In this document: one piece after another, positions 39,007 to 48,487 of the stretch
Layout of the letters: every line of letters starts with the position of its first letter
How positions within the stretch are numbered: the stretch's first letter is position 1
Assembly (NCBI GenBank): GCA_964012435.1
Contig: CAXGSM010000007.1
Coordinates: forward strand, 1 to 61,795
Direction: 5' to 3'
Length of the DNA stretch: 61,795 nt
DNA from: an uncultured bacterium
GTDB taxonomy: Bacteria; UBP7; UBA6624
Notes under the pieces: model-generated
What the model saw: only the letters and a program-made list of their open reading frames with translations
Told to the model about the DNA's origin: nothing
Databases searched by the model: none
Program-made: the position numbers and the translations under genes

Positions 39007-40727
39007 TGAAGTTTTTTATGTATTTTTTGATTTTTACCTTGTGTGCTTTTACTCCCCCAAGAACAATCGAGCCCAAAGTCAATATTGATTTTTCAACTTA
39101 CTATGATTATGAGGAGATGAGGGACATATTAATAGATTTAACAGATGCTTATCCGGAACTTTTGACCCTGGATGTTATGGGTCAAAGTCGTGAAGGCAGG
39201 GATATATGGATCGTTACCGTGAATAATCCTTTGACAGGTGAGCATTCGTCAAAGCCCGCAATGTACATTGATGCTAATACACATGGTAATGAGATACAGG
39301 GGAGTGAAATTTCAATTTTTACAATTTATTACCTGGCAACAAGGTTTAACAAGGACGAATGGGTAACACAGTTGTTAAATGATTATTCTTTTTATATTGC
39401 TCCAACTGTTAACCCTGATAGTCGGCATAGATTTTTTCACGAACCTAATACCCCACATAGTCCAAGACAGAATATAAGGCCTTTTGACAATGATAGAGAT
39501 GGTTATTTTGACGAGGATGGTCCTGAAGACCTAAATGGAGATGGTGAGATAACACAGATGAGAAGAAAGAGCATTTACGGCAACCAGGTGTCCTCAATTG
39601 ACCCTAGGGCAATGGAGGGCAAGGAGTTTGATGCTTATGGTGAATGGGAGGTTTTTTGGACGGAAGGTATTGATAATGATTCTGATGGATCAATAAACGA
39701 AGACGGCCTTGGAGGTGTAGATTTAAACAGGCAGTGGCCTTGGGATTGGGCTGCAGATCACAAGCAATATGGCGCAGGCCCATACATGCTTTCGGAACCA
39801 GAGGCACATATAACAGCTGCTTTTATTCGTGAACATCCAAACATTGCAGCTGTGCAAAGTTACCACAATGCAGGCAATATGATTTTGCGTCCTCCAGGCA
39901 CCAAGGAGTCTTCTGAAAGGGGGTTATCTTCAAAAGATAAAAGAGTTATGGATTTTATGGCTGAGAGGGCTGAGAATTTTCTTCCTGAGTATGAGTATCT
40001 TGAGGTTTACAGCGGTCTTTATCCTGTTAATGGTGGTTTTTTTGATTGGACTTATGGTGAGTTGGGTATTTTTTCTTTCACGAATGAGCTATATAGCTTT
40101 AATCCTGACTATGATGGCGATGGGTACTCTTCACAAATAGAAAAATTGAAATGGAACGATGATGTTGCTCATGGAACATGTTTTGCTGATTGGGAACCTT
40201 ACAATCATCCAGAATTAGGAGAAATTGAAATAGGGGGTTGGAAATCTTTTTGCACAAGAACACCTTTACCAGATGAACTTTTTGACATGGCGATGCAGAA
40301 TACATTATTTACGCTTATGCATGCTTCATTTATGCCAAAGGTTGAATTTGGCGAAATAGACATTGTTGAGATAGACAGAAATTTTTGGAGGGTTGATGTT
40401 CAGCTGAAAAATGTGTCAGCAATGCCAACAGCTTCATCGCAGGGTGTTAGAAGTGGTTATGCTCATTCTGATAAGATTTGTTTGGAAGGTGCCGATTTGT
40501 CGGTTGCTGGGGCTAGAGAAAAGAATTTAAGGCCTGGACAAAGTCTTCTTTTTATTGCGTCACAATTTGAAATTAGAGATAATTGTGTCCATCTTGGACA
40601 TGTTGATTCATACAGTCAAAAATGGGTAACAATGTTTGTTGAGGGAAAGAGAAACAAGAAGGTAAATATGATTTTTTCTGCACAAAAAGCAAAATCCATT
40701 AATAGCAATTTCAATTTAAAAGATTAG
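39006..40727 (+). CDS. Secreted M14 zinc carboxypeptidase
   Basis: HGNE, NPDSR, DLNR, SEPE, SYHN, FTNE; DxDxDG loops. Confidence 0.9.
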   Translation: MKFFMYFLIFTLCAFTPPRTIEPKVNIDFSTYYDYEEMRDILIDLTDAYPELLTLDVMGQSREGRDIWIVTVNNPLTGEHSSKPAMYIDANTHGNEIQGSEISIFTIYYLATRFNKDEWVTQLLNDYSFYIAPTVNPDSRHRFFHEPNTPHSPRQNIRPFDNDRDGYFDEDGPEDLNGDGEITQMRRKSIYGNQVSSIDPRAMEGKEFDAYGEWEVFWTEGIDNDSDGSINEDGLGGVDLNRQWPWDWAADHKQYGAGPYMLSEPEAHITAAFIREHPNIAAVQSYHNAGNMILRPPGTKESSERGLSSKDKRVMDFMAERAENFLPEYEYLEVYSGLYPVNGGFFDWTYGELGIFSFTNELYSFNPDYDGDGYSSQIEKLKWNDDVAHGTCFADWEPYNHPELGEIEIGGWKSFCTRTPLPDELFDMAMQNTLFTLMHASFMPKVEFGEIDIVEIDRNFWRVDVQLKNVSAMPTASSQGVRSGYAHSDKICLEGADLSVAGAREKNLRPGQSLLFIASQFEIRDNCVHLGHVDSYSQKWVTMFVEGKRNKKVNMIFSAQKAKSINSNFNLKD

Positions 40728-40729
40728 TT

Positions 40730-42061
40730 TTATTTGTAGACAGGCAGTTCTCTGTATTTTTCAAATAGGTAATCTTGTCTTGATTTGAGATCTACCCAAT
40801 TTCCGCCAACCATTAAAGATTCAAGTCTTCCCCTGTATTCAAATGGATGATCTGTCCAAAGTGCCACATCTGCCCTCATGCCTTTTTCGATCCTTCCTGA
40901 ATAATTATCAAGCCTGAGTGCAGCTGCAGGATTTTCAGTTATGGCCGCTAATGCATCCCCCTCGGATAAACCATTTGCCCAAGCAATGCCAGCCTTGAAA
41001 CGGATCCTTTGAAGATTGTGTGAACTAAATGCAGAAAAAATAACATTAACTCCATACCTAGTCATAATCTGACTATTTTTCAATGTTGCCCCCATTGAAT
41101 CAAAACCACCCAAAAGGTTTGCTTCACTATCTATTAGCACAGAATATTGACTTTCAGCAATTTCTTCAGCCACGACCCATCCTTCATGCACTCCTTGGAG
41201 TATCAGATCCATACCCCACTCTTTACCAATTTTTATTACATCAAGAATTGCTTTTGCATCAGAAACTGAAACAAATACAGGAATCTCTCCCTTGAAAGCT
41301 TTAAAAAGAACTTCAAGTTCTTCGAAAGGCAGAGACAGTGTATGTAGCTCGCCTATAGAGAATTTTTCGGAATTATTTATGTAAAAGTCAGCATCTTCTT
41401 TCCATTTTTTCCAAAGCTCTTTACCTTTTGATCCACCTTCCCAAGGAAGAGATATTGACTGCACATCACTACATTTTTCTGCATAGCCTGGAATTTGTTT
41501 GTTGTCTGAAAGACAAACAACCCCATTCAATCCACTTCCCCTTATCAAAGCCAAAGCCACACCACCTCTTCTTGCCAGCTTGACATGACTTGCATCAGGT
41601 TTGAAATCATCAATATTCTCTTTACCAAACCCTCTTTCTTCTTGTATACCTGACACCGAGGAGGCTGTATGTTTATGGGAATGACCGTGACTGTGGGTAG
41701 ATTCAAGATCCATGATATCGGAGCCACTTATTGAAGGTAACCCTATTGATGTACCAATATCAAAAAATCCAATTGTTGCAATTAGTCCCAAACCATCTTT
41801 GACAATATATCCTTCTGAGTTTGTTCCTTGCCATCCAACATAACTGCTTTCAGAAATGCTTTCTATAAGGCCATTTTTGATGAGTATTACTGCATTTGGA
41901 ATTTTTTTTATGCATTTTTGAGCAGGGTTATCGGTGCATTTTTCAGTTCCAACCCATGCTTCAATGTTCTGGATAGCAATTTTTTCTTCAAACTCCATAG
42001 TTACTGGAGAAAGCCATATTAGGTTAAAAAAAGAACTAAATAACAGTATTAAAACATTCAT
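40730..42061 (-). CDS. Amidohydrolase-family protein with degenerate metal site and His-rich insert
   Basis: ITENPA, GRIEKGMRADVALW; HxH replaced by DIGTS. Confidence 0.82.
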   Translation of the reverse strand: MNVLILLFSSFFNLIWLSPVTMEFEEKIAIQNIEAWVGTEKCTDNPAQKCIKKIPNAVILIKNGLIESISESSYVGWQGTNSEGYIVKDGLGLIATIGFFDIGTSIGLPSISGSDIMDLESTHSHGHSHKHTASSVSGIQEERGFGKENIDDFKPDASHVKLARRGGVALALIRGSGLNGVVCLSDNKQIPGYAEKCSDVQSISLPWEGGSKGKELWKKWKEDADFYINNSEKFSIGELHTLSLPFEELEVLFKAFKGEIPVFVSVSDAKAILDVIKIGKEWGMDLILQGVHEGWVVAEEIAESQYSVLIDSEANLLGGFDSMGATLKNSQIMTRYGVNVIFSAFSSHNLQRIRFKAGIAWANGLSEGDALAAITENPAAALRLDNYSGRIEKGMRADVALWTDHPFEYRGRLESLMVGGNWVDLKSRQDYLFEKYRELPVYK

Positions 42062-43470
42062 TTCAAACTCCTGTCAAAAGTCCATTGTCCTGTTTCAAAA
42101 TCACTCCAACCCGAGAAACCTTTGTTGACATCCCACATTATTTCACCATCTATGATTGTTGTTTCTGATATAGCCCTAATCGACAAGGGATGATGGCTCC
42201 AGATAACTAGATCAGCCATTTTTCCAGGCTTCAAGCTTCCTGTTTGTTCATGTATGTCTAGCCCCCAGGCTGCATTGTATGTAAACCAATCAATAGCTTC
42301 TTCTTCCTTTATATCCAAACCTTTCTCGATAGCTTCATAATAGATCTGAGCTGCGCGTTGGTTAAGCCTTTGTATGTCAATCGCACTATCACTATGAATA
42401 ATTACATTTACACCTTCAGTGTGAGACAAGCCTGGACCAGCTGTTGTAGCGTCATATGCTTCATATTTAAAACCCCACCAATCTGCCCAAATCCCAACAC
42501 CCGTATTGTTTTTTGCCAAAATGTCTCTAATTTTGTAAGATTCAATGGCATGATGAAAAACCCTCAAATGCCAATTGAATTCATGTGACAGGTCTATCAT
42601 GTGCAGCAAATCATCAGCTCTATAGCAATGAACTTGAGCTAAAATTTCGCCATCCATTAGTCGCATCAAGGTCTCCATCGTTAAATCTCTTGATGGGGGA
42701 CTTGGCTCTTCCCCTTTTTGGTTATTGCTCCATTCTTCCCATTCCTGTTCCCATTTTTTCCAGTTTTTTGAATATTCAACGGCATTTATCCAAACTTGCC
42801 TATTTCGATAAAGGTTACCCATCCTTGTTTGAGGACCACCCCTGTCTCCATAAACCCTTTTAGGGTTTTCCCCACACGCCATTTTTAGGCCATCTTTAGC
42901 TTCTGGAAACCTCATGTCTTGCGGTGTCAACCTTGGGTGCAGCTTCAAAGTTGCAGCATGTCCACCTATGAGGTTTGCAGAACCAGGAAGTACTTGGATT
43001 GTTGTTGTACCTCCAGCGACAGCCCTTTCAATAGCGATATCTTGTGGCCAAAATGCATGTATGGTCTCAATCCCAGCTGTTATAGGGCTAACCATCTCAT
43101 TTCCATCACTATGTGCTGCTGGTCCAGGGTTGGCATATACACCCATATGAGAATGGATATCAACCATACCAGGTGTTATGTATTTGTTTTGAGCATCAAT
43201 AACGGTAACATTATCATCAATAATACCAGTAAAATTTCCCTCTCCGATAGAGTGAACAAGTCGATCTTTTAAAAGTATCCAACCTTTTTCAATAACCAAT
43301 CCTTCGCCTTGGAATATTTTTGCATTTTCAATCAGTATTGGGTTTGCATCATTTGCAAATTTAAGCTCGCCCCTGATTTCTTTCCATGGGGGTTGAACTT
43401 CAGCAATTGATTCTTTTTCCTTTGAGAAAAGATTTCCTATTCCAAGAATAACAGCTAAAAAGATTCCCAT
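42058..43470 (-). CDS. Metal-dependent amidohydrolase
   Basis: PGMVDIHSH, KMACGENP, VHCYR, HHAIE, IHSD, GSLKPGKMAD. Confidence 0.9.
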   Translation of the reverse strand: MGIFLAVILGIGNLFSKEKESIAEVQPPWKEIRGELKFANDANPILIENAKIFQGEGLVIEKGWILLKDRLVHSIGEGNFTGIIDDNVTVIDAQNKYITPGMVDIHSHMGVYANPGPAAHSDGNEMVSPITAGIETIHAFWPQDIAIERAVAGGTTTIQVLPGSANLIGGHAATLKLHPRLTPQDMRFPEAKDGLKMACGENPKRVYGDRGGPQTRMGNLYRNRQVWINAVEYSKNWKKWEQEWEEWSNNQKGEEPSPPSRDLTMETLMRLMDGEILAQVHCYRADDLLHMIDLSHEFNWHLRVFHHAIESYKIRDILAKNNTGVGIWADWWGFKYEAYDATTAGPGLSHTEGVNVIIHSDSAIDIQRLNQRAAQIYYEAIEKGLDIKEEEAIDWFTYNAAWGLDIHEQTGSLKPGKMADLVIWSHHPLSIRAISETTIIDGEIMWDVNKGFSGWSDFETGQWTFDRSLK

Positions 43471-43503
43471 CTATATTGATTCTATTTACAATCAAACAAA
43501 ACA

Positions 43504-44172
43504 ATGACTCTTCTTTTATTTGATATTGATGGAACATTAATGCTAACTGGTTTTGCTGGAGTGGACGCTTTTGAGCACTCGGTAAAAAAAATGTATCAAA
43601 AATCACCTGGAAGTATTGATTTTGCAGGCGGCTTGGATTCAGAAAACGCAAGAGCTTGGATATCCGGCATAGGAGAAAACCCAAGCAGTAAAGATTTGAG
43701 AATTTTTAAATCTTATGTTGAAAAAAGAATGCCGACCTCTTTGAAGAAGTGTCACGGCAACGTTTTACCTGGCGTTTTTTCCTTATTGGAAAAATTGAAT
43801 GAATTGAATATTTGTTATGGTTTGCTCACTGGTAATTGGGAAAAAACAGGAAGAATGAAATTGGATTTTTATGGATTAAACCATTATTTCAGATGGGGAG
43901 CATGGGCAGATGATGGTTCAACTCGTGAAGAGTTGGTCCCTGTTGCGTTGGAAAAAGCAAAAGAAAACGGTTGGAAAGAGACACAAAACATATGGGTTAT
44001 TGGTGACACTTACAGGGATGTTGAAACAGCTCATGCAAATAATGCAAAGTGTTTAGCCGTGATGACAGGATGTCATAACGACAGGATTAAACAAAGACTC
44101 ATTAACTCTAAACCAGATATTCTCCTTGAAAACCTTTCTGACACAGACAAAATAATTGATTTAATTAGTTGA
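43504..44172 (+). CDS. HAD-superfamily phosphatase
   Basis: LFDIDGTL, LTGN, IGDTYRD. Confidence 0.9.
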   Translation: MTLLLFDIDGTLMLTGFAGVDAFEHSVKKMYQKSPGSIDFAGGLDSENARAWISGIGENPSSKDLRIFKSYVEKRMPTSLKKCHGNVLPGVFSLLEKLNELNICYGLLTGNWEKTGRMKLDFYGLNHYFRWGAWADDGSTREELVPVALEKAKENGWKETQNIWVIGDTYRDVETAHANNAKCLAVMTGCHNDRIKQRLINSKPDILLENLSDTDKIIDLIS

Positions 44173-44215
44173 ATTAGAATTCATCTTTGTTTTATGTTAG
44201 CAGGGGGAGGTTTTT

Positions 44216-44479
44216 ATGAGTGACAATCGTCATAACGAAGTTCATACAGAGAAGTTTTTTGCAGGAAGAAGAACTTATTATGTAGATGTAAAAAAAACAT
44301 CTACTGGAGATAAGTATTTAAAAATTACGGAAAAGAGAAAAGAGGAAGGTCGAATTGATCGTTTTTCAGTTTTTATTTACGAAGAGGATATGAGCAAATT
44401 CATCAATGCCCTAGATGCTTGCAAGGATCATTTTGACTTGAATAAGGTTTTTGTCAAGGATGAAAACGATTCATATTAA
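44216..44479 (+). CDS. PUR-like nucleic-acid-binding protein (DUF3276 family)
   Basis: AGRRTYYVDVK, YLKITE, IYEED; GGAGG RBS. Confidence 0.85.
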   Translation: MSDNRHNEVHTEKFFAGRRTYYVDVKKTSTGDKYLKITEKRKEEGRIDRFSVFIYEEDMSKFINALDACKDHFDLNKVFVKDENDSY

Positions 44480-44500
44480 AATTTAGGAATATTTTTAAAA

Positions 44501-44590
44501 GGAGGGTTGGCCGAGTGGACGAAGGCGGCGGTCTTGAAAACCGTTAGGCGGGCAAACCCTGTCTCGGGGGTTCGAATCCCTCACCCTCCG
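44501..44590 (+). tRNA. tRNA-Ser(TGA)
   Basis: GGAGGGT/ACCCTCC acceptor, GCGGT-CTTGAAA-ACCGT, long variable arm, no encoded CCA. Confidence 0.95.
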
Positions 44591-44595
44591 ATTTA

Positions 44596-46308
44596 ATGAA
44601 CATGATTAATCTTTTAATTGTTTTTTTAGGCTTTTTGAATCCAATAGATTCTTTTCTTTCAAAAAATCAAAATGCTGATGTAGATATGGTTGATTTTTTG
44701 GAACTTTACCAGGTTGACAAGGGTGATCTCAACCGATTCCATAACCTTGTTTTTAGTGATTTTTATTTAGATAGATTTGAAACTTTTCAACAAAAGTGGC
44801 AGCAAAAAATGAATTTGATCAATTTCGATTCTCTTGACAGATCTGAAAAGGTTGATTTTTTACTTTTAAAAAATTACATCAAGCATGAATTGGATGTTGT
44901 TAGATTTAAAAAAGAAGAAAATGCGCAAATGAAAGATTCTTTTCCTTTCATTGATGCAATTCTTCACTTGGAGGAACGCAGAAGGTTAATGCTTGACGTC
45001 AACCCAAAAGAAGCAGCAGAGGCATTAATGCAGGTGCAAGATTCAATAAAGATAAAAAAAGAAGAGATGGCTGCTTTTGAAAAAAATGAAATTGATGCTG
45101 TTTTTGCAAATGAATCTTCAAAAAAGCTCAACCAACTAAATGGTGTTTTGTCGGTTTGGTTTAATTATTATCATAATTTTGACCCAGAGTTTGATTGGTG
45201 GGTGGAAGAGCAGTATAAAAAGACACATCAAGCTCTTGAGGAATTCTCCTCTTGGCTCAAGAGGGAGATTGCAGGACAGCGAGGTAATGATGATGATCCA
45301 ATAATTGGAACACCAATCGGGAGAGAGAAACTGTTATCAGAGCTAGCGTATGAGATGATAGCTTATTCACCTGAAGAAATATTGGCAATTGCAGAAAGTG
45401 AATTTAAATGGTGTGAAGACGAGATGGATAAATCATCAAAAAAACTAGGTTTCACCAACAGCAATGATGCTCTTGAACATGTAAAGAATCTTTATGTTGA
45501 ACCAGGACATCAAGACGACCTTGTCAATGCCCAAATGCGAGAATCTTTAGGTTTTTTAAAAGATCGGGATTTGATTACTATTCCAGCCTTAGCAGAAGAA
45601 TTTTGGAGATTAGAGATGATTGATGCAAGATCTCAAAGATATTTTCCATTTGCTTATTACAGCGGACAGAAGATGGGTGTTGCTTTTGCAACATCTGAAA
45701 TGGATCACAGTTCCAAACTGCAAAGCATGAAAGGGAACAATATGCATTTTTCTCGAAACGTCACACCTCACGAGCTAATCCCAGGACATCATCTTCAAAG
45801 TTTTGTTGCATCAAGAAATAACACCCATAGAGGTATGTTTTACACTCCTTTCTATATTGAAGGTTGGGCTTTGTATTGGGAGTTTAGGTATTTTGACCTG
45901 GGTTGGGCCAATAATCCTGAAGATGAGATAGGCATGTTATTTTGGCGAATGCATAGAGCAGCAAGGATAATCACCACCATTAAATATCATTTAGGCCAAA
46001 TGACAGCTAATGAAATGGTCGACTTTCTTGTAGATCGGGTTGGTCATGAGAGGAATAATGCGATTAGTGAGGTCAGGAGGTATATTGATGGAAGCTATGG
46101 GCCACTTTATCAATCTGGTTACATGTTGGGCGGTATTCAGATTAGAGAATTGCATGAGGAGCTTGTTGTGAGTGGGATGATGACAGAAAAAGATTTCCAT
46201 GATGAAATTTTAGCAATGAATTCAATCCCCATAGAAATGGTACGAATGTTGTTAACGGATTTGGAAATTAAGTCTAGCTATAAGCCACTTTGGCGTTTTT
46301 ATGACTGA
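44596..46308 (+). CDS. DUF885 family protein (secreted, putative metallopeptidase)
   Basis: HELIPGHHLQ, EGWALY, WRMHRAAR, EVRRY. Confidence 0.88.
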   Translation: MNMINLLIVFLGFLNPIDSFLSKNQNADVDMVDFLELYQVDKGDLNRFHNLVFSDFYLDRFETFQQKWQQKMNLINFDSLDRSEKVDFLLLKNYIKHELDVVRFKKEENAQMKDSFPFIDAILHLEERRRLMLDVNPKEAAEALMQVQDSIKIKKEEMAAFEKNEIDAVFANESSKKLNQLNGVLSVWFNYYHNFDPEFDWWVEEQYKKTHQALEEFSSWLKREIAGQRGNDDDPIIGTPIGREKLLSELAYEMIAYSPEEILAIAESEFKWCEDEMDKSSKKLGFTNSNDALEHVKNLYVEPGHQDDLVNAQMRESLGFLKDRDLITIPALAEEFWRLEMIDARSQRYFPFAYYSGQKMGVAFATSEMDHSSKLQSMKGNNMHFSRNVTPHELIPGHHLQSFVASRNNTHRGMFYTPFYIEGWALYWEFRYFDLGWANNPEDEIGMLFWRMHRAARIITTIKYHLGQMTANEMVDFLVDRVGHERNNAISEVRRYIDGSYGPLYQSGYMLGGIQIRELHEELVVSGMMTEKDFHDEILAMNSIPIEMVRMLLTDLEIKSSYKPLWRFYD

Positions 46309-46324
46309 TACCCTAATGGGGTAT
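46308..46324. promoter_or_regulatory. Putative CsoR/RcnR-family operator
   Basis: ATACCC-TAATG-GGGTAT inverted repeat with G/C tracts, 32 nt upstream of the DoxX ATG. Confidence 0.55.
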
Positions 46325-46356
46325 ATGTTAATATTGAGAAATAAGGAGATTTTTGT

Positions 46357-46953
46357 ATGAATAAACCAATTATTAGTTTCACAGTTTTCATTTTTGCAAT
46401 GTGGCAACATATTTATGGTCAAGGACAGATTGAGCAAGGTGGCCCTTGGTGGAATTTTGCGTCTGTAATTATTGCCTTATGGGCTTCAGTATGGTTAATA
46501 TCAACAAAGGCTTGGAATAAGCAATCCAATAGATCTTTATCAATGCTTGAAATCTTATCCAGAGGTGTTTTGGCAATTGTTTTTGTTAAGCATGGTATAG
46601 GCAAGGTTCTTTCTGGTCCTGGATCATCTGATAGTCAGGAAATTATGTTTCTTGTAGGCTTAATTGAGGTTGGAGGAGCATTGACAATGTTGATTGGACC
46701 AAGAGGTTTAAGAATGCTTGGCAGTTTAGGGCTTTCGGCAATAATGCTAGGAGCGATTTTCAGAGTGCATTTTGAAGCAGGTTACTCAATGGGTTCGGGA
46801 TGGGAGTATCAGTTCTTGCTTTTGGTACTTTGTTGGCAGCTGTATGTTCAAGCAGGCGGATGGTGTTTGGTGAATAGATTGCAGAAAATAACACAAAATA
46901 ATAATTGTGATTGCACGAAGAATGGAGATTGTTGTTCTTCGGAAGAGGTTTAA
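46357..46953 (+). CDS. DoxX-family membrane protein with Cys-rich C-terminus
   Basis: FVKHGIGK, IEVGG, RVH, GWEY; tail CDCTKNGDCC; AAGGAG RBS. Confidence 0.78.
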   Translation: MNKPIISFTVFIFAMWQHIYGQGQIEQGGPWWNFASVIIALWASVWLISTKAWNKQSNRSLSMLEILSRGVLAIVFVKHGIGKVLSGPGSSDSQEIMFLVGLIEVGGALTMLIGPRGLRMLGSLGLSAIMLGAIFRVHFEAGYSMGSGWEYQFLLLVLCWQLYVQAGGWCLVNRLQKITQNNNCDCTKNGDCCSSEEV

Positions 46954-46955
46954 TT

Positions 46956-47297
46956 ATGGCAAAGGTGACCTATTTGATTAATGGAAAAAAAATTATCATT
47001 GATGTTCCTGTTGGATCAAGTCTTGCTCAATTTGGTATCGACAATGGGTTGGAGATTGAACATGCTTGCGGATTTAATTGTAGATGTACGACATGTTTCA
47101 CTAAAATCAATAAAGGAGCCGATTTGCTAAGCGTAAAAATGGAGCATGAAAGTGAGAAGCTCGAAATGAAAGGTATGCACGGCAATGAAAGGCTGTCTTG
47201 TCAGTGCGTTGTTGAGAGGAATGGTGAGATTGAAGCGGAGTTTGAAAGCTGGCACCAGCAAGAAGATGAAGATAAAGGAGATTCAGTGTTTATATGA
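46956..47297 (+). CDS. [2Fe-2S] ferredoxin (ISC/adrenodoxin-like)
   Basis: HACGFNCRCTTC and RLSCQ; start ATG 46956. Confidence 0.9.
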   Translation: MAKVTYLINGKKIIIDVPVGSSLAQFGIDNGLEIEHACGFNCRCTTCFTKINKGADLLSVKMEHESEKLEMKGMHGNERLSCQCVVERNGEIEAEFESWHQQEDEDKGDSVFI

Positions 47298-47833
47298 AAA
47301 ATATTTTATTAGTTTCAACTTCCTTGAATTCAGGTTCAAGAAGCAGGAAGATGTTAAAAATAATCAAGGAAAAAATGCAAAATTTAGATTTAAATGTTGA
47401 TTTTGTAGACTTGATGGATTATGAATTACCATTTTGTGATGGCAGGTATCCTTTGGCAGAATATGGAAAAAATGCTGTTAAGCTGGACGAAAAGATTAAA
47501 TGGGCGGACGCTTATGTGTTTGGCATGGCTGTTTATTGCTATTCGATAAGCGGTGTTTTTAAAAACATGATTGATATATGTTGTGGTGGGATGAGCAATA
47601 AACCTTTTGGAATTGCTGCAGCATCTGGTGGAACAATGTCGTATATGGCTGTTGAAGACCTTCAGAAAATTTTATCTTTTGAAGTAAGAGCCATTGCTTA
47701 TCCAAGAGTTGTTTTTGCTGCAAATGAACATTGGGACAAGGATGGAAAAAGAGATGAAGGCTTGATGGACCCTATTCCAGAAAGAATAGATGAATTCGTT
47801 GAATCTTTTTCAAATTTCATCAAAAAGATATAA
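47294..47833 (+). CDS. NAD(P)H-dependent FMN reductase
   Basis: STSLNSGSRS, LPFCDG, SGVFKNMID. Confidence 0.85.
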   Translation: MKNILLVSTSLNSGSRSRKMLKIIKEKMQNLDLNVDFVDLMDYELPFCDGRYPLAEYGKNAVKLDEKIKWADAYVFGMAVYCYSISGVFKNMIDICCGGMSNKPFGIAAASGGTMSYMAVEDLQKILSFEVRAIAYPRVVFAANEHWDKDGKRDEGLMDPIPERIDEFVESFSNFIKKI

Positions 47834-47845
47834 TTATCTATTCTT

Positions 47846-47935
47846 GGAGAGATGCCAGAGTGGACGAATGGGCTCGCCTGCTAAGCGAGTGAGTGGGGAT
47901 GACCCGCTTCGTGGGTTCGAATCCCACTCTCTCCG
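47846..47935 (+). tRNA. tRNA-Ser(GCT)
   Basis: GGAGAGA/TCTCTCC acceptor, CTCGC-CTGCTAA-GCGAG, long variable arm, no encoded CCA. Confidence 0.95.
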
Positions 47936-47938
47936 TTT

Positions 47939-48454
47939 TTAATTTTTACTTGGATCTTCAGCCAATGATTCAGTCCATTTAAATTCCGGCTTGTTTTTGG
48001 ATATTTCTTCAATCCACATTTTTACACCCTTTTTTGAAAATATATTTTTTACATTGGCGTTATCCACAATCCAAGTGCCAGTATTTATTTCATCTTCTAA
48101 TTGATTTTTTGTCCAACCTGAACAGCCTATAAAAAAAATCATCTCATCATCTGTTAAAAAATCTTCATTCTCTTCAGGATTTGAATTAATTTTTCCATAA
48201 TATAAACCATTTCGAATTTTCAGAAAGTCGCATTGTTCATTTTGTGAAAGTCCCCAAAATGTATTTGTATCAACTGGCCCACCTTCAGAAATATAAAATC
48301 CACTTTTGTCCAATTTGCCAATTTTTCTATTTAATATGAACCCAATTGCTCCATTTGAATCATGTTCGGCAATCAGAATTACTGTTCCATTAAAATTCGG
48401 ATCTTCCAAATTTGGATTTGCAATTAGGATTTTTCCCTTTAATCTTTCTTTCAC
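47939..48454 (-). CDS. YqgE/AlgH family protein
   Basis: LEDPNF, GAIGFILNR, GGPV, GWTKNQLEDE, PSKN. Confidence 0.9.
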   Translation of the reverse strand: MKERLKGKILIANPNLEDPNFNGTVILIAEHDSNGAIGFILNRKIGKLDKSGFYISEGGPVDTNTFWGLSQNEQCDFLKIRNGLYYGKINSNPEENEDFLTDDEMIFFIGCSGWTKNQLEDEINTGTWIVDNANVKNIFSKKGVKMWIEEISKNKPEFKWTESLAEDPSKN

Positions 48455-48466
48455 TTTGCAACATTA

Positions 48467-48476
48467 ATCCTAGAAT
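48467..48476. promoter_or_regulatory. Symmetric bidirectional -10 element (TAGGAT minus / TAGAAT plus)
   Basis: ATCCTAGAAT in a 33-bp divergent gap. Confidence 0.6.
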
Positions 48477-48487
48477 GATATTTTGTA

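Noticed and set aside
44501..44590. Selenocysteine or opal suppressor tRNA
   Set aside because: The anticodon is TGA (reads UCA), not TCA; normal 7-bp acceptor stem.
46305..46332. dif site
   Set aside because: Only partial XerD-arm similarity (ATATGTTAATA) and a poor XerC arm; the palindrome fits a CsoR-type operator better.
48060..48068. DnaA box TTATCCACA / oriC
   Set aside because: Single copy inside a CDS; no cluster and no dnaA.
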